This document shows, in pieces, positions 35,652 to 45,010 of a stretch of 64,000 nucleotides of DNA. The DNA is from Candidatus Gottesmanbacteria bacterium (GTDB lineage: Bacteria; Patescibacteriota; Microgenomatia; 2-02-FULL-39-11). The stretch is from contig JACPKY010000002.1 in assembly GCA_016186795.1 (NCBI GenBank), positions 716,943-780,942 of the forward strand, in the 5' to 3' direction. Numbering within the stretch: position 1 is the stretch's first letter; each line of letters opens with the position of its first letter. The notes below the pieces were generated by a model. That model saw only the letters and a program-made list of their open reading frames with translations. It did no database searches and was not told where the DNA came from. The position numbers were made by a program, and so were the translations under genes.

Positions 35652-36674
35652 ATGCAAATCTTAGAAGTTTCTGCATCATACCAGAAATCATTTAATAAAC
35701 TCGCTACTCATCCTCTTCAATCCTGGGAGTGGGGCGAGTTCCGGCAAAAAACTGGAGTACGCGTTGTTCGGCTTGGTAAGTTCAATAATGGTGCGCTTTC
35801 TGAGGTTCTCCAGATGACAATCCATCAATTACCTGGAGGATTTACTATCGGGTACGTTCCAAAATCACACATCCCCAGTCAAGCATTGTTTCAGGAGCTT
35901 TATAAAGTTGCAAAATCCAATTCATGTATATTCATTAAATTTGAACCGAATGTGATCGAAAATCCAAAACAAATACATCTCTTAGGAGAGCTTAAACTTA
36001 TTCAATCACCTCATCCGCTATTTACCAAATACACATTTCAATTAGATTTAGAACAGTCGGAAGAAACACTTCTTAAAAACATGCATCCGAAAACACGATA
36101 TAACATCAAAGTGGCACAAAAAAATGGTGTTGTAGTAAAGGAGGAAACATCAACTCGTGCCTTCCAAGCATATTTGGATCTAACATTCGCCACTTCAAAG
36201 CGGCAGGGGTTTTTTGCCCACAACCGAGATTATCATGGCAAAATGTGGGATACTCTCCGACCTTCAGGAATTGCACACTTATTGTGTGCAGAATATGAAG
36301 CTTTGGGACAGTCAAAAATTCTTACCGCCTGGATTCTTTTCCTCTTCCACAATATATTGTACTACCCGTACGGCGCATCAAGTTCTGAATATCGAAATGT
36401 TATGGCATCAAATCTTATGATGTGGGAAGCAATCCACTTTGGGAAAAAACAGGGAGCAAAGCTTTTCGATCTCTGGGGATCACTCGGTCCAAATCCAGAC
36501 TCCAGTGATCCTTGGTATGGATTCCATCGTTTTAAACTTGGCTATAGCCCAAAGCTTATCACATTCGTTGGCAGCTTTGATGCAATAGTTAATCCATACG
36601 CGTATAGAGTGTATACCTCTATTTATTTTCTTCGAGAAAAACTCCTTACGTTGAAACGAGTTCTTACTCCATAA
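35652..36674 (+). CDS. FemAB-family peptidoglycan interpeptide-bridge aminoacyltransferase
   Basis: LQSWEWGEFRQKTG... at the N-terminus and a GNAT-like duplicated fold, typical of FemX/FemAB. Confidence 0.65.
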   Translation: MQILEVSASYQKSFNKLATHPLQSWEWGEFRQKTGVRVVRLGKFNNGALSEVLQMTIHQLPGGFTIGYVPKSHIPSQALFQELYKVAKSNSCIFIKFEPNVIENPKQIHLLGELKLIQSPHPLFTKYTFQLDLEQSEETLLKNMHPKTRYNIKVAQKNGVVVKEETSTRAFQAYLDLTFATSKRQGFFAHNRDYHGKMWDTLRPSGIAHLLCAEYEALGQSKILTAWILFLFHNILYYPYGASSSEYRNVMASNLMMWEAIHFGKKQGAKLFDLWGSLGPNPDSSDPWYGFHRFKLGYSPKLITFVGSFDAIVNPYAYRVYTSIYFLREKLLTLKRVLTP

Positions 36675-36679
36675 TCTCC

Positions 36680-37519
36680 ATGAATGACATTCGTCAAACA
36701 TCACCGTTTGCCCAGTTTATGTCCGATCTCGGCTGGGATGTCGACTTTATTGAAAATCAGCATATATTTAGACGCCACTTTCCCTTCGTTGGGAATTTTG
36801 CCAAAATGCCACGGCCGAATTTTCCCCTGTCTATTTCAAAATTGAAAAAATATATGAAGAGTCAAAATGTTTTCCGTTTGAAGCTTTCACCTTTTCTACA
36901 GACTCGATCAAGAAAATACGTACAGGCAAAAAAATCATTATCCTCAAACGGATTTTCCATTGATGCAAACCCATTCAACCCAACAACTACCATTCAGATT
37001 AACTTAGAACGAGAAACTGAAAAAATCTTCCAGTCTTTTTCAGAAGCAAAACGGCGCGGTGTGCGCCGGGCTTTAAAACATGGAGTACAGATTTATGAAA
37101 CATCAGATATTTTCTCTTTCATTGCAATTCGGAAACATCAGTATAGACCGCTTGGATTTCTTATAACACGAGAAATGCAATGTCTGTGGGAGAATTTTTT
37201 CCCAGAAAAAGCAACGCTTCTCTTGGCATACACAAAAGAAAAACGAGCGATTGCTGGGATTCTGCTTCTTATATCAAACAAAACAGCATACTATTGGTAT
37301 GCATCTGCTCTCACTGAAGGGAAAAAGTTATTTGCACCAACTCTCCTTGTGTGGGAAGCATTGAAAGTCTCAAAGAGAAAACGCTGTTCTATTTTTGATT
37401 TTGAAGGTATTTACGATGAACGGTTTCCGAAAGCATCAAAATCCTTTAGGGGATTTACAAAATTCAAAGAGGGGTTTGGCGGGGAAAAGGTAATTTTTTC
37501 GGAAAACTTTACTATATAA
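36680..37519 (+). CDS. FemAB-like/GNAT-fold aminoacyltransferase paralog (shorter)
   Basis: Follows directly after the previous gene. The C-terminal ...FDFEGIYDE...FTKFKEGFGG resembles the FemAB C-lobe. The assignment is tentative. Confidence 0.4.
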   Translation: MNDIRQTSPFAQFMSDLGWDVDFIENQHIFRRHFPFVGNFAKMPRPNFPLSISKLKKYMKSQNVFRLKLSPFLQTRSRKYVQAKKSLSSNGFSIDANPFNPTTTIQINLERETEKIFQSFSEAKRRGVRRALKHGVQIYETSDIFSFIAIRKHQYRPLGFLITREMQCLWENFFPEKATLLLAYTKEKRAIAGILLLISNKTAYYWYASALTEGKKLFAPTLLVWEALKVSKRKRCSIFDFEGIYDERFPKASKSFRGFTKFKEGFGGEKVIFSENFTI

Positions 37520-37521
37520 CT

Positions 37522-38301
37522 TCACACATCATTGGGAACATCCAGCCATACAACCTCCATACCAGAAAATTCACGACCTACTTTTTCCATTAATGACTTT
37601 ATTCCTAGCGTTTCTGTTGCATAATGACCTCCAGCAATCATAGAAATGCCGGCTTCCCGGAACAATTCCCTATTCCATTCATGAACTTCACCAGTAATGT
37701 AAAGATCAATCTCCTGATCTAGAAGTTCTTGCATTGAGCCTGCGTATGGCGCACCTTTCCCAGAAAGAGCAACAACCCGAGTAATATTTTTAGATTTAAA
37801 TGGGTAGATAACTGTTCTTCTACTCATATATGCCTTCATAGATGTGACAATTGAACGCAATGTTTTCCTTTTTTCAAAAAACCCAATCCATCCCCAGGGA
37901 TCACCCCGATACCTATATGGGTACGATGGTTTTGCACCAATGATATTTAGAATTTGGACATTATTTCCGAATTCTTTGTGAGCATCAAGGAGGAAGTGAT
38001 ACCCAAATAAAGAAAGATTATTCTTAATAAGAAACCCAATTCTTTTTTGGAAAAGAGAATCATAGGTACTTGCTGAGGGAAAATTCAATGAGTGATGGAC
38101 CACTAAGACATCACAGGAAGTCTCTTTTGCTCTTTCAAACAACCGAAGTGAAGCAGAAACACCAAATCCAATTTTTTTCACTTCGTTTGTCCCTTCTATG
38201 ACTAAACCATTTGCCATAGAAGGATCAACTCGAGCCGTATCGATTTCCTTCATAGCGAGAAGTGATGTCAAATACTTTGCCAATTCTTTAACAGAGATCA
38301 T
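37522..38301 (-). CDS. Nif3-family dinuclear metal centre protein (GTP cyclohydrolase 1 type 2 homolog)
   Basis: NGLVIEGTNEVKKIGFGVSASLRLFERAKETSCDVLVVHH, then a C-terminal ITGEVHEW...AGGHYATE. Confidence 0.7.
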   Translation of the reverse strand: MISVKELAKYLTSLLAMKEIDTARVDPSMANGLVIEGTNEVKKIGFGVSASLRLFERAKETSCDVLVVHHSLNFPSASTYDSLFQKRIGFLIKNNLSLFGYHFLLDAHKEFGNNVQILNIIGAKPSYPYRYRGDPWGWIGFFEKRKTLRSIVTSMKAYMSRRTVIYPFKSKNITRVVALSGKGAPYAGSMQELLDQEIDLYITGEVHEWNRELFREAGISMIAGGHYATETLGIKSLMEKVGREFSGMEVVWLDVPNDV

Positions 38302-38312
38302 TCGATTTCCCT

Positions 38313-41243
38313 TTATTCCATATTATATATACCACAAAACATCTTGTACTCACATGAGACGCAGAGCATGTTGCCGCTACAGCGAAAATCAGATGTTTCA
38401 ATCGCATGTATCCATTTCCATAAATTCCTCTTCTCAAGATTTAATTGCTCTGTACTTCTTGTCGTTGATATTTTTTCTTGACTGTCGAAATAGTATAGTG
38501 TCAATACAATATCCTCAACCTTCCGTTGAAAAGGTGGTTCACGTATCTCGGTCGCAGCAAGAGCATACATAGAGAGTTGTAAATTCGTGTCTACCTCACG
38601 CTGAGTCGGAATCCTTCCTGTTTTATAATCTATTATCTCAATCTTCCCCTCTCCTAGATCGTCGATTCTATCAATCCTTCCACCGATTTTTACGACTCTC
38701 GAATCAAGAGTAATAGTGGTAGTAAATGGCTGTTCTACAACCAGTATATCTACGTTCGGATCGAATTCTTTGGTAAAGTAATTTTCTAAGTAATTCTTCC
38801 CTCGTCGAATCATTTCCACTTCGTACTTTTTACTGGTATATCCTTCCCGTATCCAATTTTTCGTAAGTAATTGTAACAGTATTTTTTTTGAGACTTTTTC
38901 TCCTTGCTTCACCATCTGGTAAAAGTCTTTGAGAGTCGTATGGATGCTTGAGCCAAATGACAACGCAGGCGATACTGGAGGACGAATATTGAGTATGTAG
39001 TGCAACTTATAGTGAAGAGGGCAAACTCTGAAGGAGTCGATCTGTGAGTATGAGATATACGATATTGGTTGAATGTTGGTTTTACTTTTTTTCTCTTCTT
39101 TTTCATGCTTCTGCCAGGCAAGGAGAGATAGCTGATCTGACGTTTTTACCTCTTTCTTAGATGCAACAACGTCATCACCTAATGCTTCATATACAAACGG
39201 TGACACTTTTGCCTCTCTTTTTCCTTCACCGTAGTAATTTGAAGATGTAAAGTATAGTTTATCGCAAGACCGAGTCATTCCTACATAAAAAAGCCTCCGC
39301 TCTTCTTGCTCATGATAGTCACCTTGTGGCAGTTCTTCTTTAATAAGTTTTAAAGGTATGGGAAGTTGTTCTTTTTTTTCAATCGAAGGGAATCTGGATG
39401 AAGTAAGGTTTACCATAAACACAACCTTAAATTCCAACCCCTTTGCGCTATGAACTGTAAGAATATTTACTGCGTCATTGAAAAACCAATCTGTATCGGT
39501 AGCTTGTGGTGATTCACCCAATTCTAGAGAAAGAGTAATCCAATTGAGTATTGCGTTGACTGAAGTATCTTGATGATCAACCTCGTATGATTTCAATTTC
39601 GAAAAAAATTTGGAAATATTATTTGACTGTTTTTCGTCAAGTGGAAATCTGTATTCGAGAATATTTTTTAACATACCGGTATCTTCAAGAAAATAATAAA
39701 GAATCTGTCCAGCCGATTCGTGCGGAATGAGTTTTAAATGACGTATAACCATGTCGATTATCTTTTCTAATTTTTGATAAGAATCCTCAGAGATTGTAGG
39801 AAATCTTATATTTGGGACATTTCTTTTTCTTAAGACGATTTCGCAGGATTCGAAAAGACTGAAATTATATTTCCTGCCAACATTTGCGATAGCTGCTAAA
39901 TCCCGTGCAGAAATATCAAAATACTGCATAGATAATACTCTATACAGTGCAATGTTATCTTCGAAGTTATCCAGAACATGAAGATACGATATGAAGTCTT
40001 TTACTTCCGGTTGACGGAAAAGTTGACCGGGACCAAGGAACTGGAAGGGAACACCATGGCGCAGGAATGCTCGTATAAAAGGCTCGGCATAATTATTTGC
40101 CCGTAGCAGTATTGCGAAATCGCGGTACGCATAGAGATTTTCTCCTTTTTCATTTTTTCCATTCCCAACAAGATTCTCGATCTCTTTTACGACACTTTCT
40201 GCCTCATTCTCAACCCGATCATGATAAAGGAACCGAATGGGGTCACCCTTTTCCTTCCGTATTGAAAGAAGTTTTTTCGTTATTCCCTCCTTTACCTCTA
40301 ATCTATCTGGATTATTATGCAATATAAGTCTATATGCCTTATCAAGAATCTCTTGAGTAGAGCGATAATTACCCGTTAAGACAATGAGTTTTGCTTTCGG
40401 GAAGTTTTTTCGAAAAGAAAGTACATTGGAAACCGCAGCTCCTCGGAACTTATAAATTGACTGATCATCATCGGCAACCGCTGTCAGATTGGCATGTTTA
40501 CCAGCAAGTAAAAGCAGTAGCTCGTTTTGGGAAACATTTGTATCTTGGAATTCATCAACGAGGACAAATTTGAATTTCTCTTGATACAATTTGAGTATAT
40601 TTTTTCTTTCCCGGAATAGATACAATGTATCCGTTATTAAGTCTCCATAATCCATCAATCCCTCTTTTACTTTTAGTTCTTGGTACTGTTTATATGCATG
40701 TGCTAACTCTCGAGTTTTTTCTACTTCTAATTTATCTTCTCCATGTTTCATTTTATGAACGTATTCAAGATACTGAGGTGGAGTTACATCTTCATCTTGT
40801 AGTCTGGCGAAATGATGTATCATTCCTTGAATGAATTTTGTTGGATTTCCGAGTGGACGAAAGTACTTCAAACGAAACTGAAAAAGATTTCTTCTTATAA
40901 GAAGTGTTGCATCTGTATCAGATAGAAGTCGGTATGTCGGGGAAAACCCGATATGAATTGCTTCCTGTCGAAGTACGCGATCACAGAATGCGTGAAAGGT
41001 GGAAACCCACATCTGTGTATACCCATAAGGCATAAGGACATCTACCCGTTCTTCCATCTCACGGGCTGCTTTTTGAGTAAAGGTGAGTGCGAGAAGTTCT
41101 GACGGTTTCGCCAGATTATTTGTAATGAGCCATTTGATTCTTTCGGTTATTACCGTTGTTTTGCCTGTTCCTGCCCCTGCAATGATAAGAAGTGGCCCCG
41201 CTTCATGTTGAATTGCTTCTCGTTGCTCGGTGTTTAGTTTCAT
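38313..41243 (-). CDS. UvrD-type helicase fused to a C-terminal PD-(D/E)xK, Cas4/AddB-like Fe-S nuclease
   Basis: N-terminal LIIAGAGTGKTTVITERI, DEFQDTN, GNYRST, and VGMTRS. The C-terminal GGRIDRID...IEIIDYKTG carries nuclease motifs II and III, together with a Cys cluster CPLHY...CSGNMLCVSCEYKMFC of the C...Cx2Cx5C type. Confidence 0.8.
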   Translation of the reverse strand: MKLNTEQREAIQHEAGPLLIIAGAGTGKTTVITERIKWLITNNLAKPSELLALTFTQKAAREMEERVDVLMPYGYTQMWVSTFHAFCDRVLRQEAIHIGFSPTYRLLSDTDATLLIRRNLFQFRLKYFRPLGNPTKFIQGMIHHFARLQDEDVTPPQYLEYVHKMKHGEDKLEVEKTRELAHAYKQYQELKVKEGLMDYGDLITDTLYLFRERKNILKLYQEKFKFVLVDEFQDTNVSQNELLLLLAGKHANLTAVADDDQSIYKFRGAAVSNVLSFRKNFPKAKLIVLTGNYRSTQEILDKAYRLILHNNPDRLEVKEGITKKLLSIRKEKGDPIRFLYHDRVENEAESVVKEIENLVGNGKNEKGENLYAYRDFAILLRANNYAEPFIRAFLRHGVPFQFLGPGQLFRQPEVKDFISYLHVLDNFEDNIALYRVLSMQYFDISARDLAAIANVGRKYNFSLFESCEIVLRKRNVPNIRFPTISEDSYQKLEKIIDMVIRHLKLIPHESAGQILYYFLEDTGMLKNILEYRFPLDEKQSNNISKFFSKLKSYEVDHQDTSVNAILNWITLSLELGESPQATDTDWFFNDAVNILTVHSAKGLEFKVVFMVNLTSSRFPSIEKKEQLPIPLKLIKEELPQGDYHEQEERRLFYVGMTRSCDKLYFTSSNYYGEGKREAKVSPFVYEALGDDVVASKKEVKTSDQLSLLAWQKHEKEEKKSKTNIQPISYISYSQIDSFRVCPLHYKLHYILNIRPPVSPALSFGSSIHTTLKDFYQMVKQGEKVSKKILLQLLTKNWIREGYTSKKYEVEMIRRGKNYLENYFTKEFDPNVDILVVEQPFTTTITLDSRVVKIGGRIDRIDDLGEGKIEIIDYKTGRIPTQREVDTNLQLSMYALAATEIREPPFQRKVEDIVLTLYYFDSQEKISTTRSTEQLNLEKRNLWKWIHAIETSDFRCSGNMLCVSCEYKMFCGIYNME

Positions 41244-41286
41244 ACCCTGGTTGTCCGGTGAAGAATGTTAGTTTTTGCGGATTAAA

Positions 41287-42282
41287 TTATTCTTCCAATT
41301 CTTTCTTACTATTCGTTTCGAATGAAGTTGTATTTGTAAGTTTCTGACCCAATAAAGTAAAGCTTGTAAAAACATTGTTCATTTGGTTATACGCGTTGTT
41401 GATATGTTTTTGAAGAATACCCATATTCTCATCTACTTTTAGATAATCTTTTTGAACTGCTCGAATTATTCGTAGTATCTGTTTTGCTTGCTCCTCAATT
41501 TTTTGCCCTTCAAACGACATAAGAATGGCACGAAGATATGCGTAAAATGTCATCGGAGAAACAGGGAGTACTCTTTTTGACGAGGCAAAATCAAAAACAT
41601 CTGGATTGTTCACAATTTCGTAGTATACCGCCTCACTAGGAATGTACATAAGAGCATAATCAACGGTTCCCTCCTCGGTGACTATATATTTCCTCGAAAT
41701 ATCATTAATATGTCTTTTCACATCATCAATGAAATCTTTTGTAACTATTTTTCTTTCTCTGTCATCTTTCACAGACATTAATTTGCGGAAATTTTCCATC
41801 GGGAATTTTGAATCAACTGAGATAATTCCATTCCCTGTCTTAATGGCAGCATCCACCGTAACACCCGATTTGAATGTGTGTTGCAGATAAAATGATTGTT
41901 TCGGAAGCATCTGACCCAGAAGTTCTTTCAAGATTTGCTCTCCAATGTTTCCTCGGAGTTTTGGACTCTGAAGAAACTCTTGTAGTTCCTTCATCCCTCT
42001 TCCTATTTCACTCATTTCCCCGATGTTTTTCTGCACAGCTGCTATAAATTTCGCAGCATTATCTAAGCGATCGTTCATTGCTTTTGTTGATGTTTGTAAC
42101 GTTTCGACAATGTTTTTATTTTGTGCATCAATTCGTGCGTTCGTACTTTTGAGCCACGCGAGAATTTCATCTGTTGGATGACTACGTTTCTCAATAGAGT
42201 GAATCCATGTACGGAGAAAGAAAAAGAGAGATACGAAACCAACAAAAATAAATAATGAGATAAGAAGAAATGATATATCCAT
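41287..42282 (-). CDS. rmuC: DNA recombination protein RmuC
   Basis: N-terminal TM, a coiled coil, then the RmuC domain ...VDYALMYIPSEAVYYEIVN...VLPVSPMTFYAYLRAI. Confidence 0.8.
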   Translation of the reverse strand: MDISFLLISLFIFVGFVSLFFFLRTWIHSIEKRSHPTDEILAWLKSTNARIDAQNKNIVETLQTSTKAMNDRLDNAAKFIAAVQKNIGEMSEIGRGMKELQEFLQSPKLRGNIGEQILKELLGQMLPKQSFYLQHTFKSGVTVDAAIKTGNGIISVDSKFPMENFRKLMSVKDDRERKIVTKDFIDDVKRHINDISRKYIVTEEGTVDYALMYIPSEAVYYEIVNNPDVFDFASSKRVLPVSPMTFYAYLRAILMSFEGQKIEEQAKQILRIIRAVQKDYLKVDENMGILQKHINNAYNQMNNVFTSFTLLGQKLTNTTSFETNSKKELEE

Positions 42283-42330
42283 AGCGCAAAAAAAGCGTTT
42301 TTATTCTACCATGAAACATCTTACAATAGT

Positions 42331-42645
42331 ATGATGATCCACCAAAAAAAATTTGAGTTCACTCATCTTTTCGTACCGCTTACTCTCTGGGTGATCTTCT
42401 GTCTCTATACACTTCTCATCCCTCCTGACTCAATTGTGTCTTTTTTGGGTTTCTATCTTGTGCTTTTTCTTGCACTATTTCGATCACTCCGGTTATTTTT
42501 TCATCTCTCTCTTGCTCTACCAGTGAGTTTTTTTCCACTGTTTGTATTAGGTCTTTTTCAATTTCAGCTAAACAATAGTATAAATTTAAGCCTCCTCGGG
42601 GGTCTTTTGATAACGATTTTTTTCTATTTTAGGAAAGGAAAATAG
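42331..42645 (+). CDS. Small polytopic membrane protein (hypothetical)
   Basis: Three predicted hydrophobic helices over 104 aa. Confidence 0.3.
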   Translation: MMIHQKKFEFTHLFVPLTLWVIFCLYTLLIPPDSIVSFLGFYLVLFLALFRSLRLFFHLSLALPVSFFPLFVLGLFQFQLNNSINLSLLGGLLITIFFYFRKGK

Positions 42646-42700
42646 ACAACGACGAAACTGGGAATATATTCATAAGTCCTGGCCAAAGAGAGTTCGTTCT

Positions 42701-42709
42701 TGCTATAAT
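42701..42709 (+). promoter_or_regulatory. Extended -10 TGCTATAAT 7 nt upstream of the metG ATG (predicted leaderless)
   Basis: The sequence is ttcttgcTATAATacgcttcATG. The same cttgctataat 11-mer occurs upstream of ftsK. Confidence 0.45.
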
Positions 42710-42716
42710 ACGCTTC

Positions 42717-44165
42717 ATGGAAAAATATTACATAACCAGCGCTATTCCGTATGTAAATGCTTCACCACACATTGGGCATGCGCAAGAATTTATCTATGCG
42801 GATTGTATACGACGGTACCAATTGTTAAAGAAGCAAAAGGTTTTCTACCTCTGTGGTGCAGATGAAAATGCATTAAAAATTGTCCAAGCAGCAGAAAAAA
42901 AGGGAGAAACACCGCAGGTATTTTGTGATAAAAATCAGCAGGAATTCAGAAATCTTGCACAAAAACTCAACGTTTTTTTTGACGCGTGGCAAAGGGGAAC
43001 AGATAGAAACCATTTTGTTTCTTCGCAACATCTGTGGAGTCTCTGTAAGAGAAATGATGATATATATAAGAAATCCTATTCTGGTCTTTATTGCGTGGGG
43101 TGCGAAACGTTTTATACACCGGAGGAACTCGACGAGAAAGGCGAATGTTTTGAACATCCTGGAAAACAACTTGATAAAGTTGAGGAGGAGAACTATTTTT
43201 TCAAACTCTCGAAATATCAAAGTTTTCTTGAAAATTTAATTGAAAAAGACAAGCTCAGAATTATACCGAAGAATCGTAAAAATGAGGCATTATCATTCAT
43301 TCGAAGAGGTCTTGAAGATTTCTCAATTTCGAGAAGTCGGAAACGAGCAAAAAACTGGGGAGTACCAGTTCCAAATGACCCCGCCCAAATTATGTATGTC
43401 TGGTTTGATGCTCTCAATATTTACCAAAGCGGGATAGGGTTTGGATGGAATACTCCTCTTTATAAAAAATGGTGGCCACAGGATGTAATGGTTATCGGAA
43501 AAGGAATTCTTCGTTTTCATGCGATCTATTGGCCAGCAATTCTCCAATCGGCAAATCTTTCGCTTCCGCGCTCACTCTTTGTCCATGGATATCTAACGGT
43601 CAATGGTCAAAAAATGTCTAAAACGTTAGGAAATGTCATTGATCCGAACGTATTTCTAGATGCCTACGGAACCGATGCTGTACGATACTATCTTTTACGA
43701 GAGATCCCAGCATACAGTGATGGAGATTTTTCCGACCGACGGTTCAAAGAGGTTTATAATTCTGACCTTGCAAATGGATTAGGAAATATCGTAGCTAGAG
43801 TTGCAAAACTATGTCAAACCGATAATATTCCCGGAATCATCAACTATTCAAAAGACCTCGATAATCTCCAATCCGCTATCCGGACTGGAGGATATTATGA
43901 TTCTCTTGAACGATTTGAGTTCAATCTCGCATTGGAAGAATTATGGAAAGAAATAAAAAGCTTGGATATTAAACTTGATGAAGAGAAGCCTTGGGCGAAA
44001 ACGAGAGAAGAGAGACACGAATTTCTCACTTTTTACGCTAAACGATTATTAAGCTTGGCACACGAGTTGCAGATATTTTTACCCATAACAGCAAAGAAAA
44101 TTGCTGATCAATTTGTGAATCAGGAAATTAAATCCCAACCACCACTATTTCCAAGGATTGTATAG
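42717..44165 (+). CDS. metG: Methionyl-tRNA synthetase (minimal form)
   Basis: YITSAIPYVNASPHIGHA (the HIGH motif), the CVGCETFY Zn knuckle, and KMSKTLGN (the KMSKS motif). Confidence 0.9.
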   Translation: MEKYYITSAIPYVNASPHIGHAQEFIYADCIRRYQLLKKQKVFYLCGADENALKIVQAAEKKGETPQVFCDKNQQEFRNLAQKLNVFFDAWQRGTDRNHFVSSQHLWSLCKRNDDIYKKSYSGLYCVGCETFYTPEELDEKGECFEHPGKQLDKVEEENYFFKLSKYQSFLENLIEKDKLRIIPKNRKNEALSFIRRGLEDFSISRSRKRAKNWGVPVPNDPAQIMYVWFDALNIYQSGIGFGWNTPLYKKWWPQDVMVIGKGILRFHAIYWPAILQSANLSLPRSLFVHGYLTVNGQKMSKTLGNVIDPNVFLDAYGTDAVRYYLLREIPAYSDGDFSDRRFKEVYNSDLANGLGNIVARVAKLCQTDNIPGIINYSKDLDNLQSAIRTGGYYDSLERFEFNLALEELWKEIKSLDIKLDEEKPWAKTREERHEFLTFYAKRLLSLAHELQIFLPITAKKIADQFVNQEIKSQPPLFPRIV

Positions 44166-44194
44166 ACACTTTGTTTCTCATAGAGAAGTGAAAA

Positions 44195-45010
44195 ATGTTT
44201 GTCGATACCCACTGTCATCTTAACTTTCATGCATTTACAAAAGATGTCGCAGATGTCGTTGAACGAGCCCGAGAAAGAGGTGTTCGAAAGATCATTATTC
44301 CAGGAGCAAAAATTGATTCAAGTAGAAAAGCAATTGAGATTTCCCATAAATTCCCAGAGTGCTTTGCTGCGGTTGGAATTCATCCGCATCACTTCATTGA
44401 TTTACAAAAAATTTCAAAACAAGTAATCTATCAGGAGCTTACAAAGCTTGCTAAAGAGAATAAAGTTGTCGCAATTGGTGAGGTTGGATTCGATAATCAC
44501 CGTTATCGAAACTACCCTCCTCTTACAAAAGACGATAAAAATTTACAGCGCGATCTTTTTGAATTACAACTTGCTATTGCCAAGGAACAAAATCTCCCCC
44601 TTGTTATTCATAATAGAGAAGCTGAAATGGATTTTCTCGCTCTTTTCAAAAGTAAGATGCTTTCTTTCAATGTAAGAGGAGTATTTCACTGTTTTGAAGG
44701 TACTCCTTCGTTCCTCCATACAGTACTTCACCAGGGCTTCTCTGTTGGATTTGATGGAAATACTACCTATCGGGAGAACAATTTTCTACGGGAATTGGTA
44801 AAAGTAGTTCCGCTAGACCAGCTACTTCTAGAAACCGACTCTCCCTTTTTAACTCCAGAGCCAAAAAGAGGAAGCCGTAACGAGCCTTCATACCTTCCAT
44901 ATCTAGCAGAAATTGTCGCACGTATCCATAGTATTCCTCTTGAAAAACTTGCTGATCAAACAACGAGGAACGCTTCTTCTTTATTTAGGCTTTCCGAACG
45001 AGTGTGGTAA
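44195..45010 (+). CDS. tatD: TatD-family metal-dependent hydrolase/DNase
   Basis: MFVDTHCHLNF...GEVGFD...HNREA...HCFEG. The SD-like GAGAAGTGAAAA lies upstream. Confidence 0.85.
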   Translation: MFVDTHCHLNFHAFTKDVADVVERARERGVRKIIIPGAKIDSSRKAIEISHKFPECFAAVGIHPHHFIDLQKISKQVIYQELTKLAKENKVVAIGEVGFDNHRYRNYPPLTKDDKNLQRDLFELQLAIAKEQNLPLVIHNREAEMDFLALFKSKMLSFNVRGVFHCFEGTPSFLHTVLHQGFSVGFDGNTTYRENNFLRELVKVVPLDQLLLETDSPFLTPEPKRGSRNEPSYLPYLAEIVARIHSIPLEKLADQTTRNASSLFRLSERVW

